A stretch of DNA of 64,000 bases from contig NC_045697.1 in the NCBI RefSeq assembly GCF_009834535.1, positions 36,582,001-36,646,000 on the forward strand, read 5' to 3'. Both the position numbers and the translations under genes were made by a program. Numbering within the stretch: position 1 is the first letter of the stretch; every line of letters starts with the position of its first letter. Shown here in pieces: positions 50,526-64,000 of this stretch. The stretch is from Camelus ferus. Its lineage: Eukaryota. Below the pieces are notes generated by a model. That model ran no database searches. It saw nothing but the letters and a program-made list of their open reading frames with translations, and was not told the DNA's origin.

Positions 50526-50757
50526 AAAACACAGATAAACAGCAAGGTCCTACTGTATAGCACAGGGTATATTCAGTATACCTATATATACAGCATAAGG
50601 TATATTCAATACCTTGTAATAGCCTATAATGAAAAAGAATATGAAAAGGAATATATATAACTGAATCACTACACTGTACACCAGAAATGAACACAACATA
50701 GTAAACCGACTATACTTCAATAGTAAAAAAAGAAAAGAAAAGAAAAAGAAAAAAAAG
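50526..50757 (+). mobile_element. L1 3' tip
   Basis: cagcaaggtcctactgtatagcacaggg...actatacttcaat plus A-rich tail; perfect TSD aaagaaatcccagg at 50512-50525 and 50758-50771. Confidence 0.93.
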
Positions 50758-51309
50758 AAAGAAATCCCAGGTGAATTGATTCAGAAGCCGTTGAAGGTGG
50801 GAAAAGCCTGGGTATAAATTTCTTAAAGTGCTTGAGAATTCTTGGCTTCATGAGATGCCACAGTTATCACGTTTGAAATTTTGAAATAAAATCTGCTGGA
50901 GAAAAGCAAGGAAGAGTGAGTGGAGAACGAACTGGTGATAAATATGAAAATGGTGAAATGTTTGAATGTGATAAATGAATGAAGGTCACGTGAAAGTGAA
51001 ATCAGCCATTGGGTCCCTTCTAAGCTCCTGGTCCTCTAATTCTTCTAATTAATTGAATCTTGACCTGACAGGGGAGGCAGGTGGGCCATTGAGGGGAGCA
51101 GGGTGGTTTGGGGGGGCAGATCTAGGACCTCATTGTCCTAGGAACTGTCCCTGTGTAACATCTGCTACCTACAGTTTGGCTGCTGCAGTGGCCAGGCCTT
51201 TGGAACTACCCTGGCACTTGGAGTAGGTCCTCAGGGACCACTGGGGCAGCTGTTCCTCTTCTTCAGAGCTCCCCTCTCTTTCCTTGCACAGTAAGAGGCT
51301 GGTAGCTGA

Positions 51310-51754
51310 GTGCAGAGAGGATGCTGGTGCCTTGCACAGATTGCCTTTGCTGGGCTGCTGCTCCCGTCCCCCAGCTGCTGGGAGCTGGCTGCTAAGGGCT
51401 TACAGATGCCTCCTTCTCCAGAGACCTGCTTTCTGCTAAACAGCCACTCCCCTGAGATGTTACACCCACCACACCCCTCTCCACCCAGGCCAAGAGGGAT
51501 GGCCCAGAGATAATGACTGACTAGCAGAGGGGCCAAAGTCTGACTCTCTTGCCTCAAGGTGGGATGAATTCTGAAGGGCAATTTGTGTTCCCTGTCAGCT
51601 CAGGCCAAAGTGAGAGCAAGGCTATTTCCTTGCTTCGAACTTCCCTGCCCTGTGCTGCTCCTTCACCCCTTCCCCACAGAGCACTTCCTCAAGAAATCCT
51701 TTGTACAGAGATCCTTGTCTCAGGCTCTGCTTCTGCATAACCTGTCTTAAAACA
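51310..51754 (+). mobile_element. ERVL solo LTR (LTR16-like)
   Basis: ccccagctgctgggag, cttgcctcaaggtggga, ends tccttgtctcaggctctgcttctgcataacctgtcttaaaaca. Confidence 0.75.
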
Positions 51755-51799
51755 AATAGTGATTAGATAGACCGCAGGTGATGGAAAGGGTGGGGCAGA

Positions 51800-52025
51800 A
51801 AGAATATGGACTTGGGAGTCAGCTACGTCTGGGTTCAGCCCCAATGTCATCACTTCTTAGCTGTATGAACCCATCAAGTTACCTGGATGCTAGGATCCTG
51901 TTTCCTTCTCTATACAATACAGGGTGGCCACACATCCTTGCAAGGACATTGTGGTGATGACATTAAAAGCCACAAGAGAATGGATGTGAAAGTCCATGGC
52001 ACATAGGTAGTAGGGATTCAGTAAT
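51800..52025 (+). mobile_element. MIR
   Basis: ggacttgggagtcag...ctgggttcagccc...cacttcttagctgtatga...tggcacataggtag. Confidence 0.7.
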
Positions 52026-52929
52026 GACAGCTTCCCTTGCCTCCTGGGACCTTCCTGCCACCTCCCTCTTGGTTCTCCACTGACCTCTTTGGTCCCCATG
52101 CACTATGATTTTCTTAGTGCTTAGTGCTCTGGTAGTGCTTTTCACTTCCTCCAGTCATGACAGACTAAGAAAGATATAACCAGATATAACAGTAATAACC
52201 AGAATACAGATTCTCGTCCTGTGGGCCACGGCCAGGGAAGCTGCAGTGAGGTTATCAGTTTCTACCAGCTCAGCAGAGTTAGGTTGGGTTCAGTGTTATA
52301 AATAGGACTTAGGGGGATGGTTTGTGGCTTTTCCCGAAATAGTGTTTAGCCAGGACAGGATATGCTATTTTCTTTATAAGATGAAAATAAAGGCCATTAA
52401 AAACCAATTACACTAGTGCTTGACATAGGAACCCTCGTCAACATAAATCTTCAACTTCTGGGCCAAACGGTGGAGCAGAAGGGAGCTCACTTCAAGATCC
52501 CCACACTCAGGACTTGAGACAAGTGCTTACTGGCTCAGCCACAAACTAGTTGCAGGACTTTGGGGAGATTGCATAACCTCCTTAGGGCCTAGTTTCTCCA
52601 TCACGAGAAAGGCTCTGTAGCAAAATACGTGCCAGCTACATCACAAGGGACCTCCTAGAATCCACAAAATGTTATTTGGGAAGCACTGGAACCCTGGGCA
52701 GAAACCAAATGAACACAACGTGTTTTGTTACTCGTATTCGTGTTAAGGATATTATGAAAGCATTGCAACTCCGCAGGGCATGCAGTATATGGTAAGTCAT
52801 GCCTGTCACGTGTTACACTCTACATTGAAGGGGGTGGGAAATCTGAAAGTCACGTATCAGCCTTGAGTACCCAATACCAGCTGCTCAAGTGGATTTTTAT
52901 AATAATAATCATCATCATAAGCCCAGTGG

Positions 52930-53485
52930 GACAGCCTGAGCTAATTTATATTTTGTGTCTTTCTCTCCTTCTTCTGGCATCGGCACTCCCTCTCCTCTGG
53001 GGAGCTCTACCTCCAATCCCTGGTCCTAGTGGGGCTGTGATCATGGCATCTCATTGCCCAACCAACTCACCTTAACCCCTCTCAGGGAGGGTGGGCAAAT
53101 GACCCAGCCTCCACTGACCACAGTCCTCTTCTCTCTGGTCACGGGGATTGGACTGGTCCAAGGGATGGCTTGTTCATCAAGTCAATCAGAATCCTTCCCC
53201 AGCATTTTGGAATAAGAGGAAGAAGGACAGCACCTCCACCTGCTTTTAAAACAAGCAGTTAGGATGAGCCCGCCACCCCTCTTTCCTGTCACCGGGGGTG
53301 AGGAGGATAGAATGCTACCAGTGCTTGGAAGCAGGAGAGACACGCAGGCTGGATGTGGAGAGAGAAGAGAACACCGAGATTGTTTGAGACAGATCCCACC
53401 TCGGGACCTCCCAGTTACGTAAGTCAATGAAATCTCTCTTTTTCTTTAGTTAGTCTGAATTGAGGCTATGTCACAGAACTTACTA
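52930..53485 (+). mobile_element. Old MaLR LTR (MLT1J/K-like)
   Basis: caatcagaatccttcccc; cccagttacgtaagtcaatgaaatctctctttttctttagttagtctgaattgagg. Confidence 0.55.
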
Positions 53486-53623
53486 CAAAGTTTAAAAGAA
53501 TCTAATTTAAAACAATATAAACTTCCATTTAGATAGGTGTTCTCCTTCCTCGAGTATCTGATATTAAAGAATATATGTGATTAGAATCGAATGAGTCCAT
53601 TCAATGTTAATATATTGCAATTA

Positions 53624-53841
53624 CAACTGACCCTTGAATAACACAGGTTTGAATACCATGAATCCATTCCTACATAATTTTTTTCAATAGTAAACACAGT
53701 GCTACATGATCGGACGCTGGTTGAATCTGTGGACGTGAACCGTATAGATGGAGGAACCATGGATACCAAGAGCTGACTATAAGTTATATGTGGATCTTCA
53801 ACTTCGGTGCCCCAACCTCCACATCATTCCAGGGTCAACTG
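53624..53841 (+). mobile_element. MER8 / Tigger2-derived MITE
   Basis: Terminal inverted repeats caactgacccttgaa / ttccagggtcaactg with TA on both sides. Confidence 0.88.
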
Positions 53842-56537
53842 TATTTCAATATTATTATTAAGAAAAGTAGAACCCATATCTTGGTGTAAGTTATATATGA
53901 TTTAATGTGAAAAATGTCTCCTGGGAAGTAGGGGCATGATTTGATCAATATTCTATCCAACACAAAAACCAGCTGCCTTACATCTTTTACTGCTTTTCCC
54001 AACATAGGATGTTTTAGGGTATCATGAATTTGGGAGGGTTGCAATGCAGTGGACACTTTCCTTGTCCTTTCTCAGTAGTAGTGCACGGTAGGTGCAGTGT
54101 AGGAGCAGATTTTAGGTCTCGTTGTCAAAGGTGTATTCTCTGTTCAGAACATTAAAGAACAACCAAGAGATGGAAAAGGACAAAGCAGTAGTCTTAATCT
54201 TGGCTCTCCTAGGTTGTAGTCCAGTACTCTCACTGTCAGGGCATCGTGTCCGTTTAGTTCAGGTTTACAGTTCTCACATCTGCTTTGCATGCACATGCAT
54301 GTATATGAAAGTACTGCTTGTGCTAACCGCGATGGGGAAGATATCTAGGGCTGTAAATATTTACTAAGTGTACATAAAACAGCAGTGTGGGCTGATACGG
54401 CCAATGAAGGGGAATGAGAGCCTGGGCCCCTCTTCTGGGTCCACTGCTAATTCCTGTGTGACTCTGGGCAGGTCAATTAAAATCTCTGTGTTCTTGCACT
54501 ACATTTAAGAAAAGGAGATGCTAATCATTATTGGCCAGCTCTTCAAAAGTAATAACTTCCAAGGACAATACCTGCTATCGAGGACAGAAATCAAAGAGGA
54601 ACGTCATGGAGACCGCACATCTACTACTTTTTCTCTCTCCTTTTATTTAAGGGAGGAGGAGGAGTTGTGGGGTGAAAGGGATATCTCCATGCCAGGCTTG
54701 AGGGAAAACAAAACACTATCTCAGGAAAATTAGCAAGTACCTGCTTATGCACGTCACTGTGGTAAGAAGACAACAACGTGGACAAAGTAGCCGGGTTTGT
54801 ACTTCCCCTCGGAGAAGGTGGTAGGAAAAGCAGATGGCAGGGCTATTGTAACCACATCTTGGGGACACTGTTTGGCCCTTTGTTGCCCCTTAGAACAGAA
54901 TAAGCAGGGCTTTGAGGCAGAATCTGGGTGTTAAGGTGATTCTGTTCCTTGCTCTTGTGATCTTACACAAATCATTTCACCTTCGAGGGCCAGGCTTTGA
55001 AACTAGGAACATGAAAATGGTAATGCTCATATTTAGTTGTGTTGAAACAGTCACACACAGGCACCTAACAAAATGGCACTTTGGAAAAGTACTTTGGCAA
55101 CAAGACAGCAGACAAAGCGACCTCCATATTTTACTCTGAGGGAGAAAACCCTCGGCAGACATTCAGCCCTACGCATGCAGTTAGCTCATCCCACCATATG
55201 TCCATATTTAGACTCCAGAGAAATGTCTTGGATTTTTATTTTTCCTTTATATCAAGGAACAAACAAACATGTACAAGAAAACATGGCCAAAGGCTGTAGT
55301 TTAAAACATCTGTTTGGTCAGCTTTCTCTGGTACACAGGATCTGAGTAACAACACTTCCCCCCAAAAAGAGCAATTGAGGTGATGACCTACATGGAAGAA
55401 TCTGGGGTTGTATTAATCACTTAGGACTGAATTACTACCTCAATTGTTTCACATTCCTTTTACTACTGAGACAACAGACCATACGCAAACACAGTTTTAT
55501 GAGAGGAAATCCAATTTCCACTGGCAAAGAGTCTCATAACGCAAATAAGAGAATCCCAACAATCAGGTCCCATGCAGCCTCACAGTTGCAACATCATAGG
55601 CATGAAGAAAGGACTGCTTTGGCCCCCAAGGAGCTTGCGTTTTGCTTTTCCCAAAGCAGTAGTTCTCAAACTCTTTTTGGAATCTCTTTACAATGACATA
55701 AACATTTCATGATCCACTAAATGAATCTGCTTATACCAAAAATTGCATGAAAAATATAGAGTCAAAGGGGATCATGGTGCAAGTTTTATAAAATTTCCTA
55801 AGGAACTTAAAAAATAAAAGATGGATCTATTCCAGGAGCAACGAAATACTCCCAATCATGATAATAATTCCTTAATTTGAAAGTGCTTTGCACTGTACAC
55901 ATCCTTTCACACTGTTTACTTGTTCACAATGATACTTGGAAGCTGTAGCATTGCCCAGTCCTTAAGATACCATGAGGTAGGTAATATTATTTCTGTATTT
56001 CATCACCTCTAAGATGCCAAAGGGTAGAATATACATCTTTATGTACCACCCGGAGAGAAAACAGAGTGCTGCCAATTAAACCACGACACACCATCAATTG
56101 TAGAACCGAAACAAAACAAAATAAAAAGACCATGCAGTTTCAGATATGTTAAGATGTGAAAGAATGACTGTCTTAGAATGGATGAACTCTGGACTTCCCC
56201 TTTAACAGGTGAGGAAATGTATGCCTTGTTCAAGGTCAGGCTGCTGATAGAGACTGAGACCTGAAGCATCACTCAAACTGAGACCTCCTGACTTCAAACC
56301 AAGTGGACTCCACTCAAACAGACCTACACTTTTGAAGATGATCTTGGAAGGAAGACAGAAGGCTCCACCAGGTTCTCCTGAAACCACCACTTTAGCAGGA
56401 AATGATTCATCATGATAGGAAGGAGACACCATGGTAGCATTTTTAGCAATCAACAACAAATTATTTTCAAAGGGACATATATGAAAGGCCACTCAACTCC
56501 TGTCTTCACAATATACTGCATTAATACAACATAAGTA

Positions 56538-57123
56538 CAATCAATCCTCATTATTCATGGATCCCATATTTGCAAATTTACTTACTCACTAAAGTTTATT
56601 TATAAGCCCAAATTTAGACTCATGGCACTGTCATAATCATTTGCAGAGCAGTGAAAATTTTGAGTTGCCTGATGCACGTGCTCCCAGCTGAGGTCACACA
56701 AGGCAAATGCCTTCTTGCTTCAGTTCTCATACTGTGAACAAAAGTGTCCTTTTCATAGCCTACTCAGTGCCACTTTTTTTTTTTTTTGCATTTTTGTGCT
56801 TGTTGCTGGTGATTTTACCATTTAAAATAGCCCCCAAATATAATTCTCATGTGTTCCTATGTGTAAGAAGCCTGTGATGTGCCTTCCAGAGAAAACAGGT
56901 GTGTTAGATGAGATTTATTCATACACAACTTGCAGCGCTGCTGGCAGTGAGTTCAATGTTGATGAATAAACGATACATGTTAAATAAGGTGTCTTTATAC
57001 AGAAACAGATAAAACAAGATTATGTTAGATAAACTAATGAAACTGCTATAACCAGAGGCACATAGGAACCTAATTCTGTATTTCCCCTAGGAGCACTAGT
57101 TATTTACTAGTGAGAATGGACTG
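56538..57123 (+). mobile_element. Second MER82-like Tigger element
   Basis: caatcaatcctcattattc...gtgagttcaatgttgatgaa...gagaatggactg; colinear with 48964-49532. Confidence 0.85.
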
Positions 57124-58779
57124 TTTCTGGATATTAAAGTATCAAAAGGACTATTTCTTCTGTCGCTAACTTACCAGCAACTTCACTTATATCTCATGAT
57201 TACAAACTCAGTGGAGAAGTCAAGTCAGAGGAATAATAATAATTATATATATGTATACACACATATACATACACATCCACGCATATATTAAGTAGATAAA
57301 TATGTATGTCCAAGGACCAAAATCTGGAAGGAAACACAGAACAATAGTTTGACAGCAGTGGTGAGAATATAGGTTTTTAACATTCTTTTGTTGGCACTCC
57401 TTTGGATATTTAGATATTAAAAAAAACCAAGTGAGATTGTTAGGAAAGGGAGGAAGCAGCCCCTGACAGAGGGTGGTGACAGTGGCTAAGCAGCTCAGAG
57501 AGCCCACCAGGAAGTGGCCCTCCTGCAGAGATGTCCTTTTCCTAGAACGTTTCCTTGGCTGTGGACAAGCTGACTTGATTATAGAGGAAGCACAGAGCTC
57601 TATATAAGCTTCTTGTCCTTTCTAGCCATCTCTTTAAAAAATTAGTAAAAGAGACATTAGGACGGAGAAGGAGAGGAGTGGAGAAAATGAGTCTGTGGTC
57701 TTAGTGTTTTTCTGTTGAGGATAGATCATTGGCAAGCATATCAAACACAGACATTTGCTAATAATAAGGGGCACAAGTGATTTGTTTTAAGCCTTGATGC
57801 AGTACTGATGATCAAGAGCCACCAGTTACAGAGGGATCACTCTGCATCCGTAACCCTGAAAAACACATCAGTTTAGGGGGAACTGTTGTCAACAGTGGAA
57901 ACAAACAATGAGACCGTGCCATTTACAGAAATACCGCGCCTCACTGGTTTGTAAAAGAAAACTCCCCAGGACAACTTCACTGAGGAAATGGAGGGCCTTG
58001 GAAGGCGGTTTGTTTCCTCGTGGCCAGTGACTGATTTTCCACAAAATGTGCACTGGTTAATTCTCACAAGAGTATTTAAAATGAAGGGAGTGTTTCAGGT
58101 TCGACTCACATGAGCTGCTTTTATTTGGACAGTCTTTGTTTCCTCCAGTCTGGTCGGCAGTCCTTCCGGGACCTTCCTCAATCCCTGGCGGGGGCTGAAG
58201 CCCAGCCCTTGTTCGGGATGAAAAGGTACTGGAAGGCCGGCTGCTCTAATTGGAGCTTGCACCTGCAGACCCCAGCCTCGGAGGCGTCTCAGCTCTGCTG
58301 CTGCTGCTGCTGCATGTGTGTGTGTGCTTTTGATTTCCTCAGTGAACACTGGGACATTGCACAGTTTTTTGGCCTGAATATGCTGGAGGGGATCCAAGCT
58401 GCTCAGCCACTTTCTCCGCTCTGGTGGGGAGGCACCCTCTTGTCTCTCCTCTCTAAGAAGGAGGGGTTTTTTAGCCATGCAAATACATCTGATGTATTTT
58501 GAGCTAATCTCTTCTGGCCTCATGAGGACTCACCCAGATAAAAGGTGCCCTTCAGGCAGTATGAGAGGGTGTCACGGCAGGGCTTTCGCCCACTCAGAAG
58601 TGTGAGTTTCTCACCCTTGACTCCAGTAACACTAACCAGACAGTGCTCAAGACCGATGGCTTCAGCCTCTGTGCTCAGCCCGAGGAGAGGGCTGTGGAAA
58701 AATCACCCAAGGGGATTTAATTAATGACTGCGCCTCTGTCCCCCTCACAGCAGCGTAGCTCCCGAGTTCCATCCCAATG

Positions 58780-59635
58780 CACATATTTAACATGTACAAT
58801 CTGATTTGGCACCCAGATATGCCCATGAAGCTATCACCACAATCAAACTAATAAACATGTCTATCACCCCCTAAAGTTTCCTTATATTCCTTTGTAATCC
58901 CTCCTCTGGCTCCTCCCTCCACCACCACATCCCCAGGCAACCATCAATCTGCTTTCTATAACTACAGATTATTTGTGTTTTCTAGAATCTAGAATTAGCC
59001 AATGCACATTTATCTTAAAGAATAAATGGAATTAGACAGTATTTTTTTGGGGGGGGTCTGGCTTTTTCCACTCAGCATAATACTTTTGCGATTCATTCAT
59101 ATTGTGTATATCAATAGTTCATTCCTTTTGACTGCTGAGTAGTATTCCATTGTATGGGCGTACCATAGTCTACCCCGTTGGTGGGCATTTGGGTTGTTTC
59201 CAGTTTGGAGTGATGACTAATAAAGCTGTTATAAATATATGTGTACAAGTCTTTGTATGGTTATAAGCTTTCATTTCTCAATAAATGCTGAGGAGTGCAA
59301 TGGATGGATCACATGGAAGGTATATGCTCAACTTTTTAAGAGACTGCCCAACTAAGGGGTTGAACCATTTTTTTCCCACCAGCAATTCCAGTTCCTACTT
59401 ATATTTTCCAATATTTGGTATGGTTATTTTTTTTTTTAGGTTTATTCTAATAGGTATGTAATGGTGTCTGGTTTGAATTTGCTTTTCCCTAAAGACTACT
59501 GATGTTGAGCATCTTTTCCATGTGTTTATTTGTTACCTGTATATCTTCTTTTGGCAAAGTGACTCTAAATCTTTTGATCATTTCTTAAATTGGCTTGTCT
59601 ATTTTCTCATGATTTGAGGGGGTCATTATACATTC
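58780..59635 (-). mobile_element. Old L1 3' end (L1MC/MD-like)
   Basis: ctgctgagtagtattccattgtatgg; ggatcacatggaaggtatatgctcaacttttt; gatgttgagcatcttttc. Confidence 0.85.
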
Positions 59636-60537
59636 TTCCAGGGATATTTTTTATTTACAGAATTATCCTGAAATGTAAGACATTGTACAGACAGTTTTCA
59701 TGGAATTTTTAGCACTAATCAGAGCACGTGGGGAACAATTTGGGGGCCCAGGGTTTCTAGCCCCTGGAGGTCACACTCCCTATGTGCCTTGCTCTGCCTT
59801 ATAATGATGAAAGCAGGCCATGCCAGAAGTCAAGTTGGGCCTGGGCTTTTTGAGGCTTTTGGAATATTAAAAATAAAAGAAATTGCAAAATAGACATACG
59901 AAAAACATGGTACATTTTAAATGTATATATTTAAACATTTATGTATGTTTAAATATATGCAAACACTCAGCATGTATATAACATCGGAGATGATGTCAAA
60001 ATTTTAAATTGGGGGCCCAGTGTGGGGCCTGACACAAAGGGCTCTCCTGGCCCACTGGCCAGCTTGTGAAAGACCATGAGAGACCAGACAGCTTGGACAC
60101 TTCTCATGTACCCCATGCCCCCTAAAGTCATATCTGCCATAATTACTCTTTAGCCATTGATGATTGGGGTCAGATGAACACTACAGAGATGGCTATGGAA
60201 GAAAGGACCATTTCCCAGAGAGATACAAATTTCCTACCTAAATGGTGACATGGGGAGGGTCAATCACAGCCCTTGGGGCCTTTTGGAGGAACCCCCTTGC
60301 TCCACACATCTGCAAGCCTACAGGGCCTGAGACTTCCTTTGGGTGGTCAGAGTCTTGGCTTTTTTCAATTAGTTTGAGGTCAGAATGGTGCAGTGACTGA
60401 GAGGGTTGCTTTGTCTGAAGAATTCCCAGAGGCCTCCCAGCCACACCCACAGAAGCTCTTACTCTCTGGGGAATTTCAGCATCCCCTCCGAGGAACTCTT
60501 ATCTCCTCTCATCTCTTGTCTGTCATAATGTCTGGTG

Positions 60538-60750
60538 CAGTGCTTCTCCATACAGGGGGGTTTTGCTCTCCAGGGGGCATCTGGCAACATCTGGAGACAT
60601 TGTTAATAGTCAAAACTTGGGAGGTGTCAGTGGCGTCTAGTGGGCAGTAGCTGGGGATGCTGCTACGTATCCTGCACTGCACAAGACAGCTCCCACAGCC
60701 AAGAATCATCCAGCCCTGAGTGCTGGTGTTGGCGAGGCTGGGAAACCTGG
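60538..60750. mobile_element. MER20 hAT-Charlie element
   Basis: cagggggcatctggcaacatctggagacatt...ggggatgctgctacgtatcctgcactgcacaagacagctcccacagccaagaatcatccagccc. Confidence 0.88.
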
Positions 60751-60974
60751 ATCTCGATCATTTAATCAGATGTCAACCGAGTGCATGGAGAGTGTGATGG
60801 ATGCCAATTCTGAAAGAGCAGTTCTTTGTGCACTAAGCAGACAGTCACCACAGTATGGACATAGAGGGCTGGTCAGGAAGCTTGAGGGGATGTGAAGGGC
60901 AGGCTGCCCAAGACCTCTCACCCTCTCACCGCCTCCCTCCCTGCCCTCCTCCATCCTGTTAAGAGCTTGGATGA

Positions 60975-61180
60975 GTAGCAGACCTGGTTTCAAACCCAGT
61001 CTTGCTGCTTGGTGACTTTGGACAAGTGACTTAACCTCTTTAAACCTCAGTTTTTCCACCTAAAAAGTGGAAATTACAATAGTACTTCTCAGAATCATGA
61101 GAATTAAACAATATAAGCTAAGTCTTGTAAAGAGATTGACAGTATCTGCACATGAGAAGAACTCAGTGACTATTATTATT
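60975..61180 (+). mobile_element. MIR
   Basis: gtgactttggacaagtgacttaacctctttaaacctcagtttttccacctaaaaagtgg core. Confidence 0.8.
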
Positions 61181-62721
61181 CCATGAACTGAGTACCTGCT
61201 GAACACAAGGCACCTTTTCCAGATATTTCCTAGCCACTCAGTGCCAGCTGGTGACAACTTTTTATTAGTCTACAAAACATTAAAAGTCTTAACAATGATA
61301 AGCCTCACTCTTCAGGAATAAAGCCCAAAAGGTATGTTGAACTCACTGTTTAGAATTTCACTTTAGTGATAAAGAAGGCAAATTAAAAGTGAGCTAAGAG
61401 AAAACAATGTAGTCTATATTGAGGTGTTTATGCACACATGTAGGTATAAGCCTATGTATTTGTTTATGGTCCTTGGAAAGAAGTTTATACAATGAAGTCT
61501 GTCAGAAAACACAGCACTAGCCAGGACTCTTGTAGTAAAGCCTGGGGAACTCTAGGGCTGTCCTGTTCCAGGACGGAGCGGGATTCCATGTCAGGTGACC
61601 TGGAGGACATCTCGGGTGGGATCGGTTACTTCAGCACCAGAAGGGCCTCTTTGACAGATGGCCAAGCAGAGACTCTGAGGCTCGTGCCAGACTGAGCTCA
61701 GGGTGTTTCTGGAAGGTCACTGTTGCAAACTCAGAGAACCAGTTCTGTGAGGTTGGCTCAAAGAGGGTATTTAGAGTAACAGAGAGGTGTGGCAATGGAG
61801 TGGAGGAAGTCTGGGTAAGGATTACACGCAGCACAGTCAAAACGCTCTTCTCCATCTTCAAAAGAGTGAGGGAGAGGCAATGCTTGGCCCTGGCCCTCAG
61901 ACAATGCCCTGATTCTTGCCAGCTGCAGGTGATCAAGTCCACAAAATCACCAGTGCGCCAGGAGATAATCTGGGCGATAAGAACTCAGGCAGGCAGCCCC
62001 TGGGCCAAAAATAAGGGCTGAAAATTTAGCTTAACTGTACTTCCGCCTGTGTGTTTTCTCATGGGGCAGGAGACATATTTAAAAGCATAGATTTGCTCTG
62101 TACTTGGGGATACACCATGGAGCTAACACAAAGCAAAAATCCTTCAGGCTCCCTTGGCAAGGGAACTCTTAGAAAGCTTTGGACACTGGAGCCATGACAG
62201 AGCTCCCTAGGAACATTCCAAAAGACAGGCTAGATTTCCCAGCGTTTGGTGGCCACCCCAGGAGTATGGCAGCATCTTCCTGTCCAAGGGGTGAATGAAT
62301 AGATTTAGGAATTTCCTTCACTAGGGTGGGCTGTTCTCAGTATTAAGAAGTCAGCGGGTGTAACCATCAGCGTTTCCCCATTGGGCTAGTCCCGAAAAGG
62401 GAAGAGATTTATCTACTTAAATCAAAGAGTTCAAGGGCCAGAGAAATTGCCTTTTAGTAACGGGAGTGGCTGTCACTGAGGAATGTGACAAAGAACCATT
62501 AATTCTACTCTTTATTTTCTATCTAACCAGCTGAGAAAAGATAGACTTATGGAAGGAAGAGAGTTTGAGTGACAGGCATTCTGTCCTTTCTTCTGACACT
62601 CTGTGAACTGAGGTCAGCAGGGGCAAGAGGTCTGCATGTCTCTTTCTTGATGTCTCACATAACTACCTTCACTGAGTTTAGTTTAGAAGAACTATGCACT
62701 CATCTATCTACGGACAGTAGG

Positions 62722-62891
62722 GAAAAAGAAAGAAGAAAAGAAAAGGAAAAGAAAAGGAAAAGAAAAGAAAAGGAAAGGAAAGGAAAGGAAAGGAAAGGAA
62801 AGGAAAGGAAAGGAAAGGAAAGGAAAGGAAAGGAAAGGAAAGGAAAGGAAAGGAAAAGAAAAGAAAAGAGAAAGAAAAAAAAGAAAGGAAA
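62722..62891. repeat. (GGAAA)n pentanucleotide microsatellite with (GAAAA)n flanks
   Basis: Read directly; explains the KGKER and FPFLS repeats in the ORF track. Confidence 0.97.
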
Positions 62892-64000
62892 CAGGCATTT
62901 TGGCATCATTAGTGCTTATGTCAGTGTCCCAATAAATGTGTTTTGAATGAATGACTGAATCAGTGGGAAATACCAACTTTTGTGCATGTGTTAGTGAGGA
63001 TTTTAATCACTGTATCAGTCACATTTCCCTTTATAAAGCCTAACACGGTCAATTTCTACTCCAAGTTTAGATGAGGAAACCTTTCTACCTGTAAAGGAAT
63101 GGCTTGCTTTCTTCCTTTCTGAACGTGAGAATGATGTCATTGGGCATATCTCCCTTCTGCTCTGGTTGCTGGGAAGCTCAGAGTTAAAGCTGATGCCCAA
63201 CTCGACCAATGAAAAAGGCTCTTACGGAATCCGCACTTGAGTCTTAATTCCTCTGGTCTTATCATCCTAATCTTACTTATACTTCCCTTGTTTCTCATTT
63301 AAATTCTTGATGATATTTCCCATCATTTTATCGCAGTGTTCACAACCTCAGATGCCTCCAATTGCCAGACAGGTAGCAGTAAATAACTGAAGCAAGTGGG
63401 GTAATAGGGCTTGGTGCAGACTGTGGTTAACAGAGGTTAAAGTCTTCCCTGGTGATTCTACTCAAAAAGCATCATCCCCTGATCCCATAACCAATCTCTG
63501 TCCCCTAGACCTGCTTATTCATAGCCTTGATCATTTTCTGTAATTATCTTTTTTATCTGTTCACCAGCACCCAGAGCAGTGCCTGGCACAGAACTGTCCC
63601 CCAACCCACATCTGTGGAGTGAGTGAGTTAATGAATGAATGTGAAACCAGTGTGGCTAGATTTTCCTACATTTTAACAGAATTTGAAATTTGGATTTTAT
63701 ATGAAATCTCCTGACTTTTAGGTGTTGGTGGCAAATATGAAACATTAAAAACACCATGCTGGCCAGAAACGGGCAGTGTTAGTGTGTGACCTCTGTTCTA
63801 ATTTGTATTTTCTGGTTGTAGCCACAATGAAGAATGTTCCTCTGTGGAATGAAGTAGAATACAAATAAATAAAAACCCATGAGTGTTTTTATGGTTTATA
63901 ACGCATCATGGTCCTCTAGTATTTCATTATTGTTCTAATTTTACATGTAAGGAAATTGAGGCCCCCGAGGAGATGACATGAACCTGTGAGCTTAGAGGAG

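Noticed and set aside
4681..50757. Recurring short element with ctgtacaccagaaattgacac as a possible new SINE family
   Set aside because: Copies share only the 3' end, start at different points, and longer copies continue into L1 ORF2, so they are ordinary 5'-truncated L1s.
48964..57123. Two similar 570-590 bp blocks as a segmental duplication or composite transposon
   Set aside because: Each has its own termini, different internal deletions and unrelated flanks: independent MER82-like insertions.
62569..62976. KGKER- and FPFLS-repeat proteins
   Set aside because: Translations of the (GGAAA)n microsatellite.
1..64000. CRISPR array, rRNA, operon-like or other prokaryotic system; intact retrovirus or L1
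   Set aside because: No repeat-spacer array, no gene-dense ORFs, no gag/pol/env, and no intact ORF1/ORF2 are visible; the sequence is typical mammalian intronic and intergenic DNA.

Overview
Mammalian non-coding genomic DNA, most likely camelid (alpaca, llama or camel): three tRNA-Ala-derived SINEs of the vic-1 type are present, together with many cetartiodactyl-type L1 3' ends. I can support no protein-coding exon. The ORF track is explained by LINE, DNA-transposon and low-complexity sequence or by chance. The main non-repeat feature is a promoter-like cluster at about 15.0-17.9 kb (CpG-rich patches, GC/CCAAT/ETS/E-box/HNF1-like motifs, three minus-strand splice donors). It probably marks the non-coding first exon(s) of an unidentified minus-strand gene, which would make 1-15.3 kb intron 1 and 18-64 kb upstream intergenic DNA. 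The rest is a layered record of L1, L2, L3/CR1, MIR, MaLR/ERVL LTRs and hAT/Tigger elements. I found no convincing new biological system. The best oddities are a 58-nt polyadenylated non-L1 retro-insertion with target-site duplication (TSD), an L1 endonuclease fragment captured inside an L1 3'UTR, two putative 3' transductions, a solo LTR I cannot assign to a family, and a near-perfect 42-46 bp palindrome. Repeat subfamily names come from recalled consensus sequences, not from a search, and boundaries of old repeats are approximate.
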